In this document: in pieces, positions 1 to 8,409 of the stretch | How the letters are laid out: every line of letters begins with the position of its first letter | Numbering within the stretch: the first letter of the stretch is position 1 | NCBI GenBank assembly: GCA_025839675.1 | Contig: CP104013.1 | Span: forward strand, 1,050,001 to 1,082,000 | Direction: 5' to 3' | Length of the DNA: 32,000 bases | DNA from: Candidatus Lokiarchaeum ossiferum | Lineage (GTDB): Archaea; Asgardarchaeota; Lokiarchaeia; Sigyniarchaeales; Promethearchaeaceae | The notes under the pieces: generated by a model | What the model was told of the DNA's origin: nothing | Database searches by the model: none | What the model saw: only the letters and a program-made list of their open reading frames with translations | Position numbers and translations under genes: made by a program

Positions 1-365
1 CATATTGATCCAACTACAACAATAGGGATGTGCAATGTTAATCGCTCCAATATAACCCAAAGATCCACTTTTTCGGGTGAAAATTCTCCTCCTCCGGGTA
101 AAACACTTTTATTTTGTTTCAATTTAATGAAAAATGGGATATCAAAAACAAAGATACAAATAACCATCATGGGATAGGTGCAAGCAACCACTAAATTGAA
201 AGCATCATTTTGGAAGCTAAAGATCATCGCAATAAAGAAATATTCTGCTAAAAATCTACTGGTAAAATGGCGCTCATATTTCAATTGCTTCTTTAATTTT
301 ATTTCATTTACCCAAATACGAAAAATAAGGCCTAAACATCCAAAAATTACCAAAAATATATTCAT
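1..365 (-). CDS. Partial small multi-pass membrane protein, function unknown; 3' end lies beyond the window edge
   Basis: Absent from the supplied ORF track because it has no stop inside the window. My hand translation of the minus strand from ATG 365..363 stays open to position 1: MNIFLVIFGCLGLIFRIWVNEIKLKKQLKYERHFTSRFLAEYFFIAMIFSFQNDAFNLVVACTYPMMVICIFVFDIPFFIKLKQNKSVLPGGGEFSPEKVDLWVILERLTLHIPIVVVGSI. It shows about 3 hydrophobic helices. It is on the same strand as the ABC ATPase and starts 75 nt downstream of that gene's stop. Confidence 0.4.
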   Translation of the reverse strand, partial: MNIFLVIFGCLGLIFRIWVNEIKLKKQLKYERHFTSRFLAEYFFIAMIFSFQNDAFNLVVACTYPMMVICIFVFDIPFFIKLKQNKSVLPGGGEFSPEKVDLWVILERLTLHIPIVVVGSI

Positions 366-440
366 TGAGAACAAGAATCACAATGTTTCACCAGATTAAA
401 ATACATCCAAAAAAAAAATAATATTAATTATATTTGTAGA

Positions 441-1532
441 TTATGAAACCTCTTGCCGAATATCGAATAAACTAACCCATTGATAATAAACTTGATAACA
501 TTCAGGACAGAAAATCACTGCCCTGGTCACCAATTGATTATTCTTCACCTTATAAGACCCATCTTCTTGATCGAAATTCTTGAGAATGTTCTCCGATTTG
601 CAGCGAGGACAAACATTAATATCTTGAAAATCAATGAAACGAAAATCAGGATTGAGAATTTTTTCCACCTTATCCTTTTCTTTCTGCATTTGTACAATTT
701 TGTCCATCTCTTGCATGCCTTCATCATCTGCATGAATAGATTCGGTACTTTCTGAATCAATTTTTCCCAGTTCCCGAATTATCTGCCCATCTTTGATGAT
801 TAAAGTCCGATCCGCAATTTTTCGGACTTCTGGGTTGTGAGTGACTATCACAATAGATTTATCCGGATTTTTTTGAATGAACTGTCTAAAAATGTTCATA
901 ATTTTTTCTGACGAGATAGAATCAATATTACCCGTAGGTTCATCGGCCAAAATAATAGTGGGATTATTTGCAAATGCCATTGCAATTGCCACTCGCTGTT
1001 TTTCCCCACCTGATAGCGTAAAAGGACGATGATGTGCACGATCTTCTAACCCGATTTCTTTAATGAGCTCATGAACTCGAGTTCGTTTATACTCATTGCT
1101 CTTCTTCGCAATAGTCATAGGCAATTCTACATTTCCTTCTGCGGTCAAACTGGGAATAAGGTTAAAAAATTGAAAGACTATACCAATTTCATTTTGCAAA
1201 ATTTGCTGCACTCCTTCATCCTTCATACGAGTAACATCAAACCCACGAATGAACACATGCCCTGCACTGGCTTGATCCATCCCAGATATGACGTTTAAAA
1301 GAGTTGTTTTTCCTGATCCTGAAGGACCCATAATCACAACAATCTCTCCAGCGTAAATATTCATATTGACTCCCTTAAGGGCGACTACTTCCAAATTACC
1401 TTGTTGGAAGATGCGAAAGACATTTTGACAACTAACGTTCACTTGCCTTTGTTTCAAGGGGACTTGTTTGTCTTGCGGTGTTACATTAGCGTCTACATCC
1501 GTTTTGGATGATTCATTTTCATTTTCGATCAT
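441..1532 (-). CDS. ABC transporter ATP-binding protein, MacB/LolD/FtsE-like, with a C-terminal four-Cys zinc-ribbon extension
   Basis: Walker A GPSGSGKTT, ABC signature LSGGEKQRVAIA, Walker B ILADEPTGNID and H-loop VTHN are present. ATG at 1532. The ABC core is about residues 37-262. It is followed by an acidic/Lys-rich linker and CPRC-x30-CPEC. The gene lies 24 nt downstream of the last FtsX-type permease gene. Confidence 0.95.
   Translation of the reverse strand: MIENENESSKTDVDANVTPQDKQVPLKQRQVNVSCQNVFRIFQQGNLEVVALKGVNMNIYAGEIVVIMGPSGSGKTTLLNVISGMDQASAGHVFIRGFDVTRMKDEGVQQILQNEIGIVFQFFNLIPSLTAEGNVELPMTIAKKSNEYKRTRVHELIKEIGLEDRAHHRPFTLSGGEKQRVAIAMAFANNPTIILADEPTGNIDSISSEKIMNIFRQFIQKNPDKSIVIVTHNPEVRKIADRTLIIKDGQIIRELGKIDSESTESIHADDEGMQEMDKIVQMQKEKDKVEKILNPDFRFIDFQDINVCPRCKSENILKNFDQEDGSYKVKNNQLVTRAVIFCPECYQVYYQWVSLFDIRQEVS
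498..611 (-). other. Zinc-ribbon-like module (CPRC...CPEC) at the C-terminus of the ABC ATPase
   Basis: Residues about 308-345 read CPRCKSENILKNFDQEDGSYKVKNNQLVTRAVIFCPEC. Two CxxC pairs 30 residues apart are the classic rubredoxin/zinc-ribbon knuckle spacing. The tgt cct cgc tgc codons are visible as the reverse complement of 600..611. Confidence 0.6.
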
Positions 1533-1556
1533 AGTTTGACATTCCTTTTTTTTTTA

Positions 1557-4500
1557 TTAAAATTGATGGAAATAATCCGTATAATTTTTTTTAGATTCAA
1601 AATAGTAGACAAGAAGATATATAATTATTGAGAAAACCGGTATCAATAATCCCACCAATAATATATCCATAAATTTGAAAAAAATGGGTGTTTTTATGTC
1701 TTGAAAGTTCAATTCAACAGCCCCTAACAATTTAGTAACAAAAATACCCTCAATTGCTCCGCTAAAAATTCCAGTGAATAAGGAAATCGTAAAAACCATC
1801 AGTGTCTCAGTTAATAAAAGCTTTAAAACACCTTTTTTTCCATATCCACGAGCTAAAAGGACACCTTGATTAAATTTATCCGCTTTCCTCAAAAATACTA
1901 ATAATATTGCAACACCAATAGCAATAATTAATCCAATAGCAATAAAATCCAAATATAGCACGGAATAAATCGTATTGGTTAAAGCACCTTCAAATATATT
2001 AACATCATCCAAATTATAAGAATTCCAATCATTATCATAGGTATATATATCAAAATTGTCAAAAGCCCCTATTTTTATTGTTGTATTCATTGTTCCTTCT
2101 ACGCAAAACTCGAAATTGGGTTCAACTACAAGATTGAAATCAAACATATGAATTATATTTTGACCATACATCATAGAAATATCTAATTCTAAAGCGTCAA
2201 TATCAACTAGCATGCATGTATAATCAGAATAATAACTTCGGTCATAATACGAAATCCCTGGAATCAGATCTACAACTGAGATAATTTTTGCAAGGTAGGT
2301 TTTAGTAAAAGTCCTTATAAAGTTTGGATCATAATATTTGATGTCTATATTAATAATTTCACCAAGTTCTACCGAATTAAGTTCAAGATATTTAGAATTT
2401 ACTGCTACCCCAAGATCAGAATCCTCAGGATTTCTATTATAATTAACTACTTCTTGAAACGGTGAAAATTTATTTTCGCTAATCAAATCTTTTCCATCTT
2501 CAGTAATACAAGTAGTGTATTTAGAGAGATTTAAGTAATATTCCATCTCATTATACCTCCCCGTGTTAAATCCCCGATATATGGTCAATACATCATCTAT
2601 GTATGTTTCATTATCTTCATTAGTCAATCCTTTGTACGTATTTTCAATATCAACTAAATCTTGACCAGATTTAACTAATCCTCGCGGACCTGGTCTATCA
2701 GCATCAAGACGATAATCAATTTCCGGAGAATATGTTATTTTAGCATCCGCCCCAGCTTCAATGTTGTACTCTATTCGTTGATACCTAACTATTGAATTTA
2801 ACATTATGTTTGAAAAGATGAAAAGTGACATAAATATTCCAATAAGGAACATAGTGGTGATGTATTGCTTTTTTCGAACCATATTTAAAGCCAAAATTTT
2901 ATTATCCTTTTTCATAATAATTCGGGAGATTTTGCGAGTAAATTTAGCAAAACGGCTAGGTTTCTCAAGTGCAAGGAACCGAATAATTGCAAAAACAAGG
3001 AGAAGTGGTGCAAAATAAAATAGAAACATTATACCACTTATCCTATATCGTAAACCATAGAATAACGATTGATAAATATCGCTATCAGAATTCAAACTAC
3101 CTAAGTAAAGAAAATAGAATATAACCGGAATTAAACTAAGTATTAGTAATAAATAAGAAATTGGCCATATTTTTTTTTCTCTTTGTGAAACACTATCCTT
3201 ATAGAGACTTCTTCGACGATTAAATAACTTTTTTCGTTTGGATTTTTTTAAATTTTGAACTCTTCCCTTCGATTCAACAAATAAATGAGGAGAACTCTCT
3301 TGAACATTCTTAGAATAAAAAGGTGTGTCTTCTAATGCAATTTTTTTTAATTTAGACTTTTTGAAAACAGATTTTTCGTCATATATTGCTTCCATTGAGT
3401 CAGAACCTAAGATTTCAAGAAGTTTATTGGTATGTAATTTACCTATATAGATTAGTGAAAGGATACTGGCAATTTGAGTAGTAAAAATTCCTACGATTAG
3501 TGAGGTAATAATAGGTCTCTCAGTTAGAACAAAAGATAGAGCTAATTCTATTCCAGATAATCCCAGAAACTGGGTCAACATATTACGGATAACATAAAAT
3601 ACACCTATACCTATAGTTGATCCTGCGAGTGATGCAATTGTTCCAATAGCAAAACCTTCAAAGAGAATTTGATTTCTGATCATTCCAGCAGGAGTTCCCT
3701 TGCTTCTTAATAATAAAAATTCTTCAATTCGACTTTTTTGTGCAATTTTTAAGGAAAAAGAACCAATTATTAAAGCAAATATCAAAATCGGAAAATTGAT
3801 TAATTGGAAAGCAATCCTAATCAAATTCAAGTCCATCCCAACATAACTCATTTGATATACCAAATAATTCATGAAGAACAGACCGTCAGGTAGATTGGAT
3901 TGAATAATTTCAGTACTAGTTTGCATTTGTGTAATTGTCGAAGAAATATGATTAAAATCTATTTTATTATGATTTGCAATAGCATTTAAAGATTGAACTC
4001 GAAACACATCGGAAGAATTCTCATTCCATTTTTGAGATAAAAATTCAGTCAGAATTGAATTTCCATAGAAATTAGATTGATTATAATAAGCAAAGACTGG
4101 TGCTTGGATATTATAAACAAAATCACGATCATCTAAATTCGGGGAAGATACATAGGTATTTGTTTTAGTGTCAAATTCGTATTCGGACCTGAAGTTCATA
4201 TTGGAAAATTGATAACTATATTTTAAACTCCCAAAAATACCCACTATTTTCACGTTTTCGATACAATATTTTGTCCATTTAGAGGGTACGACTTGGTAAT
4301 CTCCATCAATTCTTTGGAAAATGGAATCACTGGATGGTGAACAGATGGTCAAGTTGTACACATTGTTAAATGAAAAGTTCATGAATTTAGCAAACTGAAC
4401 ATCTACAAGAATTTCTTGTTCATTTTTTGGAAAAGTTCCTTTAATTAGTTTGAAGAATTTATTAAAATTTGGTGTTAAGTAGAAATTCTCTTCAGGTTGT

Positions 4501-4919
4501 AGTAGATTCATCTTTTGAAAATAATAATCGCCAAATATTGGTTTAGATGTGTTTACATTGGTATAATTCTTGTAAAAATATGAATTCTCAGAAGAGTAAA
4601 TAGACAGTTGAAAATACTCATCAATATACAATGATTTTTGATTTTCAGCAATATTTTGTATTATTGTTTTGTAATCATCAATTTCATCTGCATCCAAAAA
4701 TGAATTATTATCATGCTTTTGCATATCGTAATATGAAAATGAGTAATCATTTACCTCGGTAATATTTTCTTCTATAAATCTATTCGAAAATGAATCCGAA
4801 TAATAGGCTACACCTGCAACCATGCTTATAGCAATACTTAAACAGAATATAATTAAATATGCATTTTTTAAAGTAGATTTCGCCTGAGAGGCATAATATT
4901 TTAATCTGCCTTTGCCCAT
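1557..4919 (-). CDS. Giant fused double MacB/FtsX-type ABC permease, paralog 1 (10 predicted TM in a 4+2+4 arrangement, two large ectodomains)
   Basis: Half 1 has TM1 AYLIIFCLSIAISMVAGVAYY and a ~325-aa ectodomain with MacB-periplasmic-core-like strings (EILVDVQFAKFMNF, VKIVGIFGS). It continues with FtsX TM2-4 carrying the cytoplasmic coupling motif RIEEFLLLRSKGTP. A basic cytoplasmic linker and 2 extra TM helices follow. Half 2 starts ALNMVRKKQYITTMFLIGIF, has a ~270-aa ectodomain (GVAVNSKYLELNSVELGE, VVDLIPGI) and the FtsX motif NQGVLLARGYGKKG. A GGTGAT SD lies 3 nt upstream of ATG 4919. Confidence 0.9.
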   Translation of the reverse strand: MGKGRLKYYASQAKSTLKNAYLIIFCLSIAISMVAGVAYYSDSFSNRFIEENITEVNDYSFSYYDMQKHDNNSFLDADEIDDYKTIIQNIAENQKSLYIDEYFQLSIYSSENSYFYKNYTNVNTSKPIFGDYYFQKMNLLQPEENFYLTPNFNKFFKLIKGTFPKNEQEILVDVQFAKFMNFSFNNVYNLTICSPSSDSIFQRIDGDYQVVPSKWTKYCIENVKIVGIFGSLKYSYQFSNMNFRSEYEFDTKTNTYVSSPNLDDRDFVYNIQAPVFAYYNQSNFYGNSILTEFLSQKWNENSSDVFRVQSLNAIANHNKIDFNHISSTITQMQTSTEIIQSNLPDGLFFMNYLVYQMSYVGMDLNLIRIAFQLINFPILIFALIIGSFSLKIAQKSRIEEFLLLRSKGTPAGMIRNQILFEGFAIGTIASLAGSTIGIGVFYVIRNMLTQFLGLSGIELALSFVLTERPIITSLIVGIFTTQIASILSLIYIGKLHTNKLLEILGSDSMEAIYDEKSVFKKSKLKKIALEDTPFYSKNVQESSPHLFVESKGRVQNLKKSKRKKLFNRRRSLYKDSVSQREKKIWPISYLLLILSLIPVIFYFLYLGSLNSDSDIYQSLFYGLRYRISGIMFLFYFAPLLLVFAIIRFLALEKPSRFAKFTRKISRIIMKKDNKILALNMVRKKQYITTMFLIGIFMSLFIFSNIMLNSIVRYQRIEYNIEAGADAKITYSPEIDYRLDADRPGPRGLVKSGQDLVDIENTYKGLTNEDNETYIDDVLTIYRGFNTGRYNEMEYYLNLSKYTTCITEDGKDLISENKFSPFQEVVNYNRNPEDSDLGVAVNSKYLELNSVELGEIINIDIKYYDPNFIRTFTKTYLAKIISVVDLIPGISYYDRSYYSDYTCMLVDIDALELDISMMYGQNIIHMFDFNLVVEPNFEFCVEGTMNTTIKIGAFDNFDIYTYDNDWNSYNLDDVNIFEGALTNTIYSVLYLDFIAIGLIIAIGVAILLVFLRKADKFNQGVLLARGYGKKGVLKLLLTETLMVFTISLFTGIFSGAIEGIFVTKLLGAVELNFQDIKTPIFFKFMDILLVGLLIPVFSIIIYLLVYYFESKKNYTDYFHQF

Positions 4920-4922
4920 TAT

Positions 4923-4928
4923 ATCACC
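4923..4928 (-). promoter_or_regulatory. Shine-Dalgarno-like GGTGAT upstream of permease paralog 1
   Basis: The reverse complement of 4917..4930 reads atGGTGATataATG. GGTGAT matches the usual archaeal/bacterial anti-SD complement (GGAGGTGAT). Confidence 0.4.
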
Positions 4929-5034
4929 ATTTTTGATTGAAAGACAATTCTTCTAATTGTTTCACAATAATCACTTATTTTGAAGGGGTAATTATTTGAT
5001 ATTTTCATATTTTCGTTGTACATGTTTTCATTTG

Positions 5035-8000
5035 TTAGAATTGATGGAAATAATCCGTATAGTTTTTTTTGGTCTCAAAATAATAAACCAGAAGATATAT
5101 TGCTATGGATAGAATTGGAATTAGGAGTCCTAAAAGCAATAAATCCAGAGGATTAAAGAAAATGGGAAGTCTAATATCATTAAAATTGAAGGAAACGATC
5201 TTATAAAATTGTAAAAGAAGGACACTTTGAAGACCGCCGCTGAACAAACCAGATACAATTGAAATAGAAAAGACAATTGCAATTTCGGTCAATAATAATT
5301 TTAAAACGCCTTTTTTTCCATAACCTCGCGCTAAAAGAACTCCTTGATTATATTTATCCGCTTTTCGTAAAAATACCAATAAAATTGCAATACCAATCGC
5401 GATTATAATTCCAATGATGATTAAATCTAGATAAAAGATAGAATATACTCCAGAAACTTCAGAAAGGTTTGCGAGATCCAAATTTTTCAATGAAACAGAA
5501 TCCCAAGAGTTATCATAATATTTAAATTCTCCTATTGGAATATCATAATCTAATGCAACGTTCCATATTTGGTTTTCAATATAAGTTGAATTTAGAGCAA
5601 TTTCATAATTGAGATCAATCATTTGAAAAACTTGTGAGCCGTAAATAATATTCGAAGATAGATTCAAGCTATCAATATCAATTAAAATACACTGATCTGT
5701 GGAATAATAAAAGTAGTCCGGTCTATAGAGAATACCAGGAAATAAATCGCTTACAGCAACAATATTTACGGAAATCCTCTCGTGAACGAAATCTTCATCT
5801 TCAGGATTATAATAATCTAAATCCATTAACATAGATTCGCCGACATCAACAGAATTTTGTTCAAGAAAAGTAGGATTTACAATAATTCCAAGGTCAGAAT
5901 TATCTGGATTGTCATTATAATCTAAAGTTTGTTGAATTTTTTTAAAATGATCTTTGCTAATAGCATCTTTGTGATCTTCCGAAATAATATTGAGGTATTT
6001 AGAAAGATTGAGGAAATATCGTTGATCTTCCAAATACCCTCCATATGTATTTTTCCTTTGAACTGTTAAAACATCATTTATGAAGGATTCATTCTCAGAA
6101 TTATTCAAATTTTTGAGTGCATTTTCAAATGAAGTGAAATCATCCCCCGATTGAATTGGAGAGTCTTTTTCAAGGAATGTATCTGCAGAATCGTAATTGA
6201 ATAAAAGACTTCCAGGTAACTCCAAGTTGAGATCTGCTCCAGATGCAATATTTGTATTCACACGATCATATCTAATTATAGAATTCAAAGTTACATTTGA
6301 AAAAACAAGAACGGATATAAAGACGCCCACAAGAAACATCGTGGTGATATATTGCTTTTTTCTAACCATATTCAGTGCAACTAAGTTACTATCGCGTTTT
6401 AGGAATATCTTGGAGATCTTTTTTGAAAATTTCGCAAACCGACTCGGTTTTTCTAGGGCTACAAAACGAATTATGCCAAAAACGAGTAACAAAGGAGCTC
6501 CGATGAAAAGTATTATTAGCCCTGCAAATCCACCCATAAAAATCGAAGCGATTATCCAATAAAAATAATCATTGTTTGTCTCCGCTGCACTAATATATAA
6601 TAAAAATATAATAGCTGGAATCAAAGATAATAGAATGATTAAATATGAAAAGGGGCGTATTTTCTTTTCCTTGCTTTGCATCGTATCTTTGTATAATGAT
6701 CTTTTTCTACGAAATAATCCCTTCTTCCTTTTTTTCCCACTTGTTTCATTATTTAACGCAGGATCAGAAAGAAAATGAGGAGAACTTTCAACAACATTTC
6801 CAGAATAAAATGGAGTATCTTCCAAAGTTATATTGGCATCTTTATGTTTTTTAAAGATCGTTTTTTCATCATACAATGCTTCCATCGAATCTGCCCCTAA
6901 AATGGATAACAATTTATTTGTGTGCAATTTGCTAATAAAAACAAGTGAAATAATGCTCGCAACTTGGGTTAAAAGCGTCCCCACTATAAAAGAAGTTAAA
7001 ACCGATCTACCCGTTAAAATGAAAGGTAAAACAAGTCCAATTTCCCTTGATAAGAAGATTTTGGTTAAAATATTTCGTAAAATGAAGAAAACCCCAATAC
7101 CTAATATTGCCCCTAATAGAGTTGCAATGGCACCAATGAAGAAACCTTCAACTAAGATTTGGTTTCTAATCATGTTCTGTGGAGTACCTTTACTTCTCAA
7201 TAACAAAAACTCTTCTATTCGATTTTTTTGTTCAATTTTTAGAGCAAAAGCACCAATAAATAATGCGAATCCGATAATTGGGAGATTCAAAATCTGAAAA
7301 ACGGTTCGAGTAAACCCAATTTCATAACTAACACTCAATAATTGATTGTAGATATAATTCTCGTACCGCATGGGCAATTGATCAAACAAAATATAATTGC
7401 TGATTTGCATTTCATTTATGGTGGAAGATATATGCTGAAAATCAATCTTACTGTAATCTGCACTAGCACATAACATTTGATCTCGATACAGTCGAACGTG
7501 GAAATCATTCCACGCGGTTACGAGAAAATTTGCAAATTTCGAATTTCCATATACGTTGGATATATTATAGTAGGTGAAAAATGGAGATTGATCGCGGTCG
7601 TAAAACGAGTTATATTGAACCTCAAAGGATTCTGTCTTTGTATCAAGTAGATATCTTGAATCATAATAATCGCCCAAAATTTGATAATTATCATCCTTAA
7701 GACAACCATATATCCCTACAACTTTAATATCTGAAATATTATAGAAAATTAAATCAGAATTTAATTCGGGACCATCTTGGGTCCATTCAAATATTCCTGA
7801 ATTAGTTCCTTCTCCAACAAGATCTATTGTATAAGTTTTACCCAAGGTCAAATTCATTTCTTGTGCAAAAAGAACATCGATTAGTATTTCATTTTCACTG
7901 GTTGGATAAGTTCCATCCAATATTGTATAGAAATTTGAAAAACTGTCCGTTTGATAGAAGTTTTCTTGAACTTGATACAAATTAAAAGTGTGGCCATAAA

Positions 8001-8394
8001 ATGAACTCGCCCCATTTGGGTAAATATCCAGATTTTGACTATTATTGGTAAAGAAATAAATTTCACTCGAACGATATACGGACATCTGATAATAACGGTC
8101 AATTTTTAATGCTTCTTGAGCGTCTGTAATTTGAGTTATTTGATCTTCAAATCCAAAAATTGTTTCAGCAGAAGTGTTTCTAAATTCATGACTATTACCA
8201 TAATAACTGAAGGAATAATCAACTAATTCATTGATATTCGCCCTAATTATATAATTAGTATATGTATCTGAAAAATACGCAACGCCTGCAACCATACTTA
8301 GGGCAATACCTAAACCAATAATTATCAAATATGCGTTTTTCGTGGTCTTCCTCGCTTGTGAAAGATAATAATTTAAATGTCCGGTTTTCATCAT
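5035..8394 (-). CDS. Giant fused double MacB/FtsX-type ABC permease, paralog 2
   Basis: It has the same architecture as paralog 1 and aligns along its whole length. Shared strings include IEEFLLLRSKGTPQNMIRNQIL, KLHTNKLLSILGADSMEALYDEK, ALNMVRKKQYITTMFL and NQGVLLARGYGKKGVLKLLLTE, and the C-terminus KKNYTDYFHQF is identical. The track start at 8403 is a GTG that sits inside an SD-like GGGTGA (8400..8405). I therefore prefer ATG 8394, which lies 5 nt downstream of that SD (MMKTGHLNYYLSQ aligns with MGKGRLKYYASQ of paralog 1). Confidence 0.9.
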   Translation of the reverse strand: MMKTGHLNYYLSQARKTTKNAYLIIIGLGIALSMVAGVAYFSDTYTNYIIRANINELVDYSFSYYGNSHEFRNTSAETIFGFEDQITQITDAQEALKIDRYYQMSVYRSSEIYFFTNNSQNLDIYPNGASSFYGHTFNLYQVQENFYQTDSFSNFYTILDGTYPTSENEILIDVLFAQEMNLTLGKTYTIDLVGEGTNSGIFEWTQDGPELNSDLIFYNISDIKVVGIYGCLKDDNYQILGDYYDSRYLLDTKTESFEVQYNSFYDRDQSPFFTYYNISNVYGNSKFANFLVTAWNDFHVRLYRDQMLCASADYSKIDFQHISSTINEMQISNYILFDQLPMRYENYIYNQLLSVSYEIGFTRTVFQILNLPIIGFALFIGAFALKIEQKNRIEEFLLLRSKGTPQNMIRNQILVEGFFIGAIATLLGAILGIGVFFILRNILTKIFLSREIGLVLPFILTGRSVLTSFIVGTLLTQVASIISLVFISKLHTNKLLSILGADSMEALYDEKTIFKKHKDANITLEDTPFYSGNVVESSPHFLSDPALNNETSGKKRKKGLFRRKRSLYKDTMQSKEKKIRPFSYLIILLSLIPAIIFLLYISAAETNNDYFYWIIASIFMGGFAGLIILFIGAPLLLVFGIIRFVALEKPSRFAKFSKKISKIFLKRDSNLVALNMVRKKQYITTMFLVGVFISVLVFSNVTLNSIIRYDRVNTNIASGADLNLELPGSLLFNYDSADTFLEKDSPIQSGDDFTSFENALKNLNNSENESFINDVLTVQRKNTYGGYLEDQRYFLNLSKYLNIISEDHKDAISKDHFKKIQQTLDYNDNPDNSDLGIIVNPTFLEQNSVDVGESMLMDLDYYNPEDEDFVHERISVNIVAVSDLFPGILYRPDYFYYSTDQCILIDIDSLNLSSNIIYGSQVFQMIDLNYEIALNSTYIENQIWNVALDYDIPIGEFKYYDNSWDSVSLKNLDLANLSEVSGVYSIFYLDLIIIGIIIAIGIAILLVFLRKADKYNQGVLLARGYGKKGVLKLLLTEIAIVFSISIVSGLFSGGLQSVLLLQFYKIVSFNFNDIRLPIFFNPLDLLLLGLLIPILSIAIYLLVYYFETKKNYTDYFHQF

Positions 8395-8409
8395 TAGATT
8401 CACCCTGGT

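Noticed and set aside
178-399. 73-aa GTG-initiated plus-strand ORF
   Set aside because: It is low-complexity and has a non-ATG start. It is antisense to a longer, more protein-like hydrophobic minus-strand frame (1..365) that fits the operon orientation.
6197-7297. Long plus-strand ORFs (121 aa at 6197..6562, 154 aa at 6833..7297, plus 6572..6778 and 6645..6854) antisense to permease paralog 2. Similar antisense ORFs occur in the other large genes (2806..3018, 8627..8872, 9608..9874, 10277..10537, 15784..16051, 17136..17378, 17710..17925).
   Set aside because: They lie entirely inside strongly supported minus-strand genes. They translate to low-complexity K/I/F/N-rich strings and have no motifs. 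AT-rich DNA produces long stop-free antisense frames by chance.
1557-8394. Recent gene conversion or assembly duplication as the explanation for the identical C-terminal peptides of permease paralogs 1 and 2
   Set aside because: Hand alignment of the DNA shows many synonymous differences across the identical peptide stretches. The copies are therefore old and distinct. Only a 22-nt identical stretch sits at the extreme 3' ends.
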